IMG/VR virus record: IMGVR_UViG_3300027751_000058 | Coordinates: 1-25,979 of that record | DNA length: 25,979 nucleotides | Source of the DNA: a virus | Lineage: Duplodnaviria; Caudoviricetes | Reading direction: 5' to 3' (one strand) | Shown: piece by piece, positions 17,584 to 23,562 of the stretch | Layout of the letters: the number at the start of each line of letters is the position of its first letter | Position numbering within the stretch: the first letter of the stretch is position 1 | Translations under genes and position numbers: made by a program | Notes under the pieces: model-generated | Seen by the model: the letters and a program-made list of their open reading frames with translations, nothing else | Database searches by the model: none | Told to the model about the DNA's origin: nothing

Positions 17584-17668
17584 ACCTCAACGGGTGACTG
17601 TCCGAACCTATGGCTTTGAAGCAGGCTTAACTGGGCAGGGTAAATACACTGAGGTGTATAGCAACCTC
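17584..17668 (+). ncRNA. Candidate structured intergenic RNA
   Basis: Nested pairings ACCTCA/TGAGGT, GTG/CAC, CTGTCC/GGGCAG, CCT/AGG and GCT-TTGA-AGC in a GC-richer non-coding patch. Confidence 0.4.
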
Positions 17669-17711
17669 CTATAACATTGTTAAAAATTAGGTAAATGAGA
17701 TCAAATCGGTA

Positions 17712-17758
17712 TGCGACGATAGCTTCTTATTATATTTAATTAACACCCTATTGTCACA
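17712..17758. promoter_or_regulatory. Dyad site B: TGCGACGATAG-N25(AT-rich)-CTATTGTCACA
   Basis: Related to 16073-16116 in both arms and spacer (CyTCTTA...TAAC..CCTA). Confidence 0.55.
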
Positions 17759-17847
17759 CTCTTTGGGTAAATAAATATTTAGGTACTTAGAGACTTAGTA
17801 CAATACCTGTACTACTATTTTTACTCACAAACAAAGTGTATACTTTT

Positions 17848-17881
17848 TACAAACAAAATACGAATATATTTCGATAATATA
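17848..17881 (+). promoter_or_regulatory. Conserved 34-bp motif copy 4
   Basis: TACAAACAAAATACGAATATATTTCGATAATATA. Confidence 0.8.
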
Positions 17882-17904
17882 TATGAATCAAATAAATACT
17901 AACT

Positions 17905-18042
17905 ATGAATTTTATATTAACTTGTGAAAACGGAAAACAAATAGATATGTCCACCGATATACTACAACAAATGTCAGGTGAAATAACTAGAGAAGAAGTT
18001 GAAGAGAGAATTAAATTTTATCAAACCACTAATACTATATAA
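17905..18042 (+). CDS. Small hypothetical protein, 45 aa
   Basis: MNFILTCENGKQIDMSTDILQQMSGEITREEVEERIKFYQTTNTI; follows motif copy 4. Confidence 0.7.
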   Translation: MNFILTCENGKQIDMSTDILQQMSGEITREEVEERIKFYQTTNTI

Positions 18043-18043
18043 T

Positions 18044-18178
18044 ATGAGAAATATTGAACTCACCGAAAACGATTGTACCTTTGTACACTATGTATTAAGA
18101 ATGTACGCTACCCAAACTCCCGGGTTAGATAGCGAAGACAAATCAGAAATTCGCGAAGTCGCGGCAAAATTTAAATAA
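18044..18178 (+). CDS. Small hypothetical protein, 44 aa
   Basis: MRNIELTENDCTFVHYVLRMYATQTPGLDSEDKSEIREVAAKFK; tiles between its neighbours. Confidence 0.7.
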   Translation: MRNIELTENDCTFVHYVLRMYATQTPGLDSEDKSEIREVAAKFK

Positions 18179-18180
18179 CT

Positions 18181-18372
18181 ATGAAAGAGTTTTACTGGAA
18201 TGACGAAACAATCAACTACTATGTTGACTTATATGACCTAAATGGCTTCGCTCACGTTGCTATACGAGTTTTGGACTTTGTAACTAACGAATGTTCATTA
18301 GAAGATGGAGAATCAGTGGAAGACTTATTTGCCTCTTTGATCACTCAAGTTGAAGATAAAATACAATTTTAA
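18181..18372 (+). CDS. Small acidic protein, 63 aa
   Basis: ORF track; its stop lies within motif copy 5. Confidence 0.75.
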   Translation: MKEFYWNDETINYYVDLYDLNGFAHVAIRVLDFVTNECSLEDGESVEDLFASLITQVEDKIQF

Positions 18373-18395
18373 TACGAACACCTAACGATAATATA
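18362..18395 (+). promoter_or_regulatory. Conserved 34-bp motif copy 5
   Basis: TACAATTTTAATACGAACACCTAACGATAATATA. Confidence 0.8.
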
Positions 18396-18400
18396 ATAGT

Positions 18401-18490
18401 ATGAAACAATATCAAGAATTTAACTCTGATCAAGAGTATGAAGAGTATGCACAGCTAATGTGGTTAATAAATAATGAATATAATAATTAA
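18401..18490 (+). CDS. Very small acidic peptide, 29 aa (possibly leaderless)
   Basis: MKQYQEFNSDQEYEEYAQLMWLINNEYNN; ATG lies 5 nt after motif copy 5. Confidence 0.5.
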   Translation: MKQYQEFNSDQEYEEYAQLMWLINNEYNN

Positions 18491-18495
18491 GAATT

Positions 18496-18696
18496 ATGAG
18501 TAGAAATGTGGAGTTCATAGATAAACTATGCGAATTAATGGGAGACGGATTCTTCCTGTGTGATCAGTATTGTCAAGACGATTTATTCGAAATGCAAGAT
18601 GGTATCGCTAAACACATTGCTGACAGTGCTAATGAAGGATTAGGTCTAGCGAAGTTTATGGTAACAAAATTTCCAAACACTTTTAAAACAGAGTAA
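18496..18696 (+). CDS. Small hypothetical protein, 66 aa
   Basis: ORF track; tiling with neighbours. Confidence 0.75.
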   Translation: MSRNVEFIDKLCELMGDGFFLCDQYCQDDLFEMQDGIAKHIADSANEGLGLAKFMVTKFPNTFKTE

Positions 18697-18698
18697 CT

Positions 18699-18941
18699 AT
18701 GGAATTATGTGAAACTATAACCGTAAACGGTTGGGACTTTGAATTAGTAGAGAATGACGTAGATGATGTGTTCTACCAGTGTAGAGGCGAAGTAATGTAC
18801 GACGACGAGCACGATGAAATGCCGGAACCAAGTCTTTGGCGAGCAGCGAATAAATTAGAAGAAATCTTAACTAAAGACGGATTAAATGTATACGCCGGTC
18901 ACAGTGAAAAAGGCTGGGTTGAAGTAACTATAAATACATAA
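18699..18941 (+). CDS. Small highly acidic protein, 80 aa
   Basis: ORF track; D/E-rich. Confidence 0.8.
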   Translation: MELCETITVNGWDFELVENDVDDVFYQCRGEVMYDDEHDEMPEPSLWRAANKLEEILTKDGLNVYAGHSEKGWVEVTINT

Positions 18942-18943
18942 TT

Positions 18944-19120
18944 ATGAAGCTAACTTGGGAAGAGACGAAAGAGATCGCTAATCGCCTAGATGAAATAATA
19001 GGTAATAATTTTCACGACGCTATGTATGATGTTATATGGGAACGTGAGAGTGACGAAGAAGTAGAAGTTAGCGATGAAGATATAATAGCAATTAAAGAAC
19101 AATTAAAACGAATACTATGA
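18944..19120 (+). CDS. Small acidic protein, 58 aa
   Basis: Not in the track. MKLTWEETKEIANRLDEIIGNNFHDAMYDVIWERESDEEVEVSDEDIIAIKEQLKRIL; ATGA overlap with the next gene. Confidence 0.75.
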   Translation: MKLTWEETKEIANRLDEIIGNNFHDAMYDVIWERESDEEVEVSDEDIIAIKEQLKRIL

Positions 19121-19371
19121 TGACAATGAAAGAAGCGTGTGAGTACGTTAAAACCTCCCGAATAGCGAATGCTAGAAAACATAGAATAGAAGTAACACAA
19201 GGTGATCTATGTAGCGGTTTAACGGAGAAAGAATATTTCCGTCTTAGAGTTAGAGCTAAGGGAGCTGGAAGTAAAGGTAGAAAGTATTCTCACACCAAAC
19301 TATGGAGTGACCAAAACTTATCTAATCGCATTCACACCTTCTATCATGGTAAATGGGATTTACAAAAGTAA
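19117..19371 (+). CDS. Small basic protein, 84 aa
   Basis: ORF track; its stop lies within motif copy 6. Confidence 0.75.
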   Translation: MMTMKEACEYVKTSRIANARKHRIEVTQGDLCSGLTEKEYFRLRVRAKGAGSKGRKYSHTKLWSDQNLSNRIHTFYHGKWDLQK

Positions 19372-19394
19372 TACGACCTAATAACGATAATATA
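19361..19394 (+). promoter_or_regulatory. Conserved 34-bp motif copy 6
   Basis: TACAAAAGTAATACGACCTAATAACGATAATATA. Confidence 0.8.
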
Positions 19395-19416
19395 ATTGAA
19401 TATAAAATAAATAACA

Positions 19417-19593
19417 ATGAAGAAAATAAAATTCTTAAAGTCAAAAGAAATAAGACTAGACGGTGTAAAATATAAACCGTATTTAATCGGCAACTTACCT
19501 AACACGTTTGCCTTCACTTACAACGAAGACAAAGATCAAGACGGTATAACAGAATGGTTTAACCTAAAAGGCCTTACCTATGTCAGACTTTAA
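19417..19593 (+). CDS. Small hypothetical protein, 58 aa
   Basis: MKKIKFLKSKEIRLDGVKYKPYLIGNLPNTFAFTYNEDKDQDGITEWFNLKGLTYVRL; follows motif copy 6. Confidence 0.75.
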   Translation: MKKIKFLKSKEIRLDGVKYKPYLIGNLPNTFAFTYNEDKDQDGITEWFNLKGLTYVRL

Positions 19594-19807
19594 AGATTAC
19601 CCAGCTGATCAAATAGCAGCGAAACTCAAGCAAGTTGAGGAGTTTGAAAATAAGTATAAACCTAATGCAACAACGAAAAGTTGGCGTAAGTGGTGTACCG
19701 ATCCAGCGTACCGTAAACGTGAGTGGCAATCACGTCAAGCCTTAGCTAACTACGCTAAACACAATGCTCATAAAGCATTTTCAACTAATGATAAATCAGT
19801 ATTATGA
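19580..19807 (+). CDS. Hypothetical protein, 75 aa
   Basis: ORF track; overlapping tiling. Confidence 0.75.
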   Translation: MSDFKDYPADQIAAKLKQVEEFENKYKPNATTKSWRKWCTDPAYRKREWQSRQALANYAKHNAHKAFSTNDKSVL

Positions 19808-20079
19808 AATTAATTAAAGTAACTAAAGATGGAGCTCTACATTTTAAATTGAGTGATGGAAGAATTGGCGCTACTTATCCTAGCGGTTATGTAAGAGTAT
19901 CTACCAAAGGTATCAACTACAATAACGGTAAGATATTAATGTACCAAATAAATAGGCAAAGAAAGCACTGGTATAAACCAAAGAGTAAATATGGTTATAA
20001 CTATGTGAGAGATTTAATACCTAATCATTCCGATCGAGTAAGAAGATTAATGGATTTTAACGAAGAAAATTGTAAGTAA
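19804..20079 (+). CDS. Basic hypothetical protein, 91 aa
   Basis: ORF track; ATGA overlap. Confidence 0.75.
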   Translation: MKLIKVTKDGALHFKLSDGRIGATYPSGYVRVSTKGINYNNGKILMYQINRQRKHWYKPKSKYGYNYVRDLIPNHSDRVRRLMDFNEENCK

Positions 20080-20080
20080 T

Positions 20081-20188
20081 ATGAAAAAAGTAAGAAAGTT
20101 TAGCCACCTTGTGATAGCTAAGATAACAAAATATCACAAAGCATTTTATGAATTTGTAGGCCCTATGCCTAAAGAAACTAAATGGTAA
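20081..20188 (+). CDS. Small basic peptide, 35 aa
   Basis: MKKVRKFSHLVIAKITKYHKAFYEFVGPMPKETKW; TAATG overlap with the next gene. Confidence 0.6.
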   Translation: MKKVRKFSHLVIAKITKYHKAFYEFVGPMPKETKW

Positions 20189-20415
20189 TGAGTGATTCAG
20201 TAAAAAAATGGTATGAAATGCAAGAAGAGAAAAACAAAATTGCCACGCTTCAAAGTAGAATCTATCGCGATGCTGTTAATTCCTTTGCGCCAGTAGTGTC
20301 GATTGAAAAAAAAGAAGTATACGATGCCTTCATCTATAACCTAAATTGCTATGATGCAAAAATTATAGACCGTGAAGACTTCATTAATGCAATGGAAGAT
20401 TATATATATGGGTAG
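20188..20415 (+). CDS. Hypothetical protein, 75 aa
   Basis: Track ORF 20182..20415 with the start moved to the coupled ATG (MSDSVKK). Confidence 0.7.
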   Translation: MSDSVKKWYEMQEEKNKIATLQSRIYRDAVNSFAPVVSIEKKEVYDAFIYNLNCYDAKIIDREDFINAMEDYIYG

Positions 20416-20608
20416 AATGAAAGAACTTGACGAGATCGCAGATGGAATTGCGGACGTCTCAATGGAATTAATGTACGACAGTATTGACTGGCAGCTTGAG
20501 GACTTCGAGCAAGACGGTGACGATTATAATGCTATACACGGTGAAGTAATGTTCCGTGCAATCGAGAAAATGTACATGAGAATTAAAAAAGATTATTATG
20601 AAGAATAG
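20408..20608 (+). CDS. Small acidic protein, 66 aa
   Basis: Track ORF 20372..20608 with the start moved to the ATG of MGRMKELDEI. Confidence 0.7.
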   Translation: MGRMKELDEIADGIADVSMELMYDSIDWQLEDFEQDGDDYNAIHGEVMFRAIEKMYMRIKKDYYEE

Positions 20609-21017
20609 AGTAGTATATGTAGATATGGACGGCGTGTTAGTTGACCTACAAACCGAAATCGAAAGATGTGGTGGGTGGCATCAGGATATATTCAAAAACC
20701 CTGAACCTATAGAAGATGCAATTGAAGCGTTTAAAGAGCTTTGTCAAAAAGACGAGCTTGACGTCTATATCTTATCTACTGCTCCGTGGAATATGCCGCG
20801 ATCATGGTCACATAAACGATTATGGGTAAGCAAACACCTAGGTCCCTGTGCACATAAGCGGTTGATATTGTCTAACCATAAAAACTTACTACGTGGCGAT
20901 ATATTGATCGACGATAGAACAGCTAACGGTGCAGGTGAGTTTGACGGTGAGTTAATACAGTTCGGTACAGATAAATTTCCTAACTGGAAAGTGGTATTAA
21001 AACATTTACAAATATAA
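20598..21017 (+). CDS. 5'(3')-deoxyribonucleotidase (NT5C-type HAD hydrolase)
   Basis: YVDMDGVLVD, ILSTAPW, K..W...HLG and GDILIDD motifs. Confidence 0.9.
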   Translation: MKNRVVYVDMDGVLVDLQTEIERCGGWHQDIFKNPEPIEDAIEAFKELCQKDELDVYILSTAPWNMPRSWSHKRLWVSKHLGPCAHKRLILSNHKNLLRGDILIDDRTANGAGEFDGELIQFGTDKFPNWKVVLKHLQI

Positions 21018-21040
21018 TACGATCAACTTTCGATAATATA
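21007..21040 (+). promoter_or_regulatory. Conserved 34-bp motif copy 7
   Basis: TACAAATATAATACGATCAACTTTCGATAATATA. Confidence 0.8.
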
Positions 21041-21067
21041 TATGTAACAAATAAAAAATAAAAGATT

Positions 21068-21256
21068 ATGTATTGTAGATGCGGAGATGAAGTTCATCCA
21101 ATTAGGATAGGGTATGGGTATAAAACGTGTGTTCCATGTAGCACCGTTCAAGATTACAGTTATGTACCAATAATAGAGCATAAAACCGGCAATACAATAC
21201 AAATAGTTAGTCAAGAACTAAGTGCTTTAGTGCACAAATCTTGGCGAAGACGCTAG
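21068..21256 (+). CDS. C4 zinc-finger protein, TraR/DksA-finger-like, 62 aa
   Basis: CRCG.EV...R...GYKTCVPC resembles the DksA/TraR finger; the coiled-coil DxxD tip is absent. Confidence 0.65.
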   Translation: MYCRCGDEVHPIRIGYGYKTCVPCSTVQDYSYVPIIEHKTGNTIQIVSQELSALVHKSWRRR

Positions 21257-21353
21257 ACGAGTAGCTTAATTAGGTTCATTGAAGGTTTGGGATAGACGTT
21301 TCACGAAATCTCCTATAGAATAAAACTATGAACACATAAGTGAATTGCTAGCG
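21251..21353 (+). ncRNA. Array RNA 1: long irregular hairpin
   Basis: CGCTAG/CTAGCG (or TAGC/GCTA), AATT/AATT, GTTCAT/ATGAAC, GTTT/AAAC, GGGAT/ATCTC, apex CGT-TTC-ACG. Confidence 0.55.
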
Positions 21354-21455
21354 GCGACTAGGTATGGTGTAGTACTGAAATATGTAAACGTTTTCACGAG
21401 CATATAATGACTACGACTACTGACGAGTATGAGGTTCGATTCCTCACTAGTTACA
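21354..21455 (+). ncRNA. Array RNA 2: tRNA-like RNA (acceptor stem and T-arm) with one long arm replacing the D and anticodon arms
   Basis: T-arm TGAGG-TTCGATT-CCTCA (21430-46); GCGACTAG/CTAGTTAC acceptor-like stem with one mismatch; inner GTAGT/ACTAC, ATATGT/GCATAT, CGT-TTTC-ACG. Confidence 0.7.
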
Positions 21456-21457
21456 AA

Positions 21458-21544
21458 TGTGCAGCGAATAAATAACAAACCTGCGAATCGGTTAGAGTGT
21501 AACTAATTTAGGTTACCGAAAAGCGGTTAGGAAATGACTGCACA
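21458..21544 (+). ncRNA. Array RNA 3: rod with a central A-rich bubble
   Basis: Perfect TGTGCAG/CTGCACA closing stem; unpaired CGAATAAATAACA opposite AGGAAATGA; AACC(T)GC/GCGGTT, TCGG/CCGA, TAAC/GTTA. Confidence 0.55.
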
Positions 21545-21547
21545 CAC

Positions 21548-21628
21548 GGGGGTGACCTGGTATTGACGTGATAGAAAGCCTATATGGAACTATTACGGAA
21601 GAGAGTTCGAATCTCTCCACCTCCACTA
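21548..21628 (+). ncRNA. Array RNA 4: mini-tmRNA (tRNA-like domain only)
   Basis: GGGGGTG/CACCTCC acceptor with G3:U70 and discriminator A (21625); stemless D-loop ACCTGGTATTGAC; helix GTGATAG/CTATTAC; T-arm GAGAG-TTCGAAT-CTCTC; no tag ORF. Confidence 0.85.
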
Positions 21629-21629
21629 A

Positions 21630-21696
21630 TTAACAGTAGGTACCAAGCCTGGAAAAGAAGGGTGCAGCGTTACCGAGTCGCAATGCCTGCTGTTAA
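21630..21696 (+). ncRNA. Array RNA 5: 13-bp closing stem with a branched interior
   Basis: TTAACAGTAGGTA/TGCCTGCTGTTAA (2 G:U pairs); inner CCT/AGG and GCG/CGC hairpins. Confidence 0.55.
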
Positions 21697-21702
21697 AAAA
21701 TT

Positions 21703-21736
21703 TACAAATTGAATACGAACAAAAATCGATAATATA
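21703..21736 (+). promoter_or_regulatory. Conserved 34-bp motif copy 8
   Basis: TACAAATTGAATACGAACAAAAATCGATAATATA. Confidence 0.8.
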
Positions 21737-21752
21737 ATAAACAATAACAATT

Positions 21753-22004
21753 ATGAGTAGACTAACAATTTATGAAAGGCTAAAGCCAGAAATCAAAGAG
21801 GCATTGCATTCGCCTCAAAACGACAAATACCAAGCAAGTGTTGACTCTATAGTCAAAGCGCTTTCAAGCACTACATTTTATAGTGACTTAAAAATTAGCG
21901 ACGTTAGCTCGTTATATACATTTTCTAATCTTGAAATTGTTAGAGTTTCAGCTTGGGATTTTAAATACGGCGATAACATTTTAATATCTAAAGACTATGA
22001 GTAA
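21753..22004 (+). CDS. Hypothetical protein, 83 aa
   Basis: ORF track; follows motif copy 8. Confidence 0.8.
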   Translation: MSRLTIYERLKPEIKEALHSPQNDKYQASVDSIVKALSSTTFYSDLKISDVSSLYTFSNLEIVRVSAWDFKYGDNILISKDYE

Positions 22005-22458
22005 AATACTAACTGACGAATTGATTGAAAAAAGACTACGTAAAATTAACGTGCTTGAAAGAGAAGACTTAGACCACGACTATATGCTTAAAACTATAAC
22101 TAATCACTTTGATTTTAAGATAACTAGCGACTGGCCATATCAACCTGATATGATGTTTTATACCGAAACAACTGCTGATGGCTATGAAGTATGGATTGCA
22201 ACCAACAATGATCGCAACCCAAGTGTTAATGAAGACATATACTATTACGATAACGACTGGCTAGAAAAAATGCCTGACGCTATGATTGATGGCGCTAGTA
22301 TATACTACGATCAACTTGACGATGAAGACTATAATTTTCAAGAGGTTGTTGAAGAAGTATACGATCACTATTACAATGATAAGAAAAAAGAAATTGAAAA
22401 CGAACTAATTGAAGAAGGTTATGAGTACGAAACAGAAGACGAAACAGTCGGTGCCTAA
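21997..22458 (+). CDS. Highly acidic, Tyr-rich protein, 153 aa
   Basis: ORF track; extremely D/E-rich C-terminal half. Confidence 0.8.
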   Translation: MSKILTDELIEKRLRKINVLEREDLDHDYMLKTITNHFDFKITSDWPYQPDMMFYTETTADGYEVWIATNNDRNPSVNEDIYYYDNDWLEKMPDAMIDGASIYYDQLDDEDYNFQEVVEEVYDHYYNDKKKEIENELIEEGYEYETEDETVGA

Positions 22459-22693
22459 ATGGTTCCAAGGTATGATATACGATAAAGGCGAAATAGTAAC
22501 AAATCCGTTTAGCGGCGAAACATACGAACTAAACGGTATTGAGTTATCTATTTACGATTTTATTATGGGTAGCCAATACGTAATGGAAGTTGCACCAAAG
22601 ACAGTAACGAATAAACAAATAAATGAATTTCACAAAGCACTACGTTGGTTTCAGAAAAACAATATTGAAGCCTATATGGTATTGCTAGATTAA
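22421..22693 (+). CDS. Conserved phage hypothetical protein, 90 aa
   Basis: Track ORF 22409..22693 with the start moved to ATG; VTNPFSGE...WF...N.EAYMVLLD pattern. Confidence 0.8.
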   Translation: MSTKQKTKQSVPKWFQGMIYDKGEIVTNPFSGETYELNGIELSIYDFIMGSQYVMEVAPKTVTNKQINEFHKALRWFQKNNIEAYMVLLD

Positions 22694-22703
22694 TACTAAA
22701 ATT

Positions 22704-22913
22704 ATGCCAAATATGAGTTATTGCCGCTTCGAAAACACGGCAAAAGATATGCAAGACTGCGTGTACGCAATCGAAGAGCGTGACGTATATGAATTTAGTG
22801 CCTACGAATTACGTGGTTTCAAAGAAGTTTACGAGCTAGCGCAAGAAATTGTAGATATGGAAAATGATATTGAAAAAATAATTGACTACTATGAATCTTC
22901 TAACACAAAATAG
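22704..22913 (+). CDS. Small acidic phage protein (NMSYCRFENT type)
   Basis: Recognisable N-terminal motif of a widespread phage hypothetical family. Confidence 0.8.
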   Translation: MPNMSYCRFENTAKDMQDCVYAIEERDVYEFSAYELRGFKEVYELAQEIVDMENDIEKIIDYYESSNTK

Positions 22914-23496
22914 TAAATTAAAAAAGACAAGTAAAGAACTCGGGCTCCGTGTGTTTAACTTCGGTATACCTGCATATAAATCTGCAAGTGGTAAGTTGAC
23001 ATGCCCGATGGCTGACGAATGCGTTAAATTCTGTTATGCCAAGAAAGGAGCCTACATCTGGTCTAATGTAAAACCGGCGTTTGAAAAGCGTTATCAACTA
23101 ACAAAGACTGACAACTTTGTTGAAGCTATGAACGCTGAAATACGTAAGAAGAAACCTGATTACGTCAGAGTCCATGATAGCGGAGATTACTACTCACCCG
23201 CATATCTAAAAAAGTGGATCGAAGTTGCTATACACAACCCAAGCGTACGGTTTTACAGTTATACCAATATGGTAGATATGATGTTAAAGACCTCATTACC
23301 AAGTAACTACGATATAATATTTAGTGACTCAGGTAAGCAGAAGCATTTAATAAATGAAAGAAAACATAGACATACAAAAATCTTTTCTAGTAATAGCGAT
23401 CTCATATCTAACGGTTATGTTGATGCTTCTAGTATCGATCTAATGGCTACAAGGTGGTTTAGTAAAAATCACAAAGTGGGTTTAGTATTTCATTAA
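22891..23496 (+). CDS. Gp88-like protein (Cys cluster, radical-SAM-related)
   Basis: NSKLKK, TCP.A..C..FCYA and RVHDSGDYYS motifs; start moved to ATG 22891. Confidence 0.75.
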   Translation: MNLLTQNSKLKKTSKELGLRVFNFGIPAYKSASGKLTCPMADECVKFCYAKKGAYIWSNVKPAFEKRYQLTKTDNFVEAMNAEIRKKKPDYVRVHDSGDYYSPAYLKKWIEVAIHNPSVRFYSYTNMVDMMLKTSLPSNYDIIFSDSGKQKHLINERKHRHTKIFSSNSDLISNGYVDASSIDLMATRWFSKNHKVGLVFH

Positions 23497-23562
23497 AGCA
23501 ATGACTATAAAAGCAATCATTAATGACAATAACACGGGCTAACGCCTATAAAAACACACGAA

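Noticed and set aside
21548-21628. Ordinary tRNA-Ala
   Set aside because: No D-stem and no 7-nt anticodon loop; the 5' sequence and architecture match the tmRNA tRNA-like domain.
21251-21696. Full-length or circularly permuted two-piece tmRNA
   Set aside because: The 5' and 3' acceptor strands are in normal order only 78 nt apart, and I found no convincing tag reading frame ending in an Ala-rich motif nearby.
21630-21696. SRP (4.5S) RNA
   Set aside because: CAAG...GGAA...GCAG is only superficially similar; the helix-8 GNRA tetraloop and symmetric loop geometry cannot be formed.
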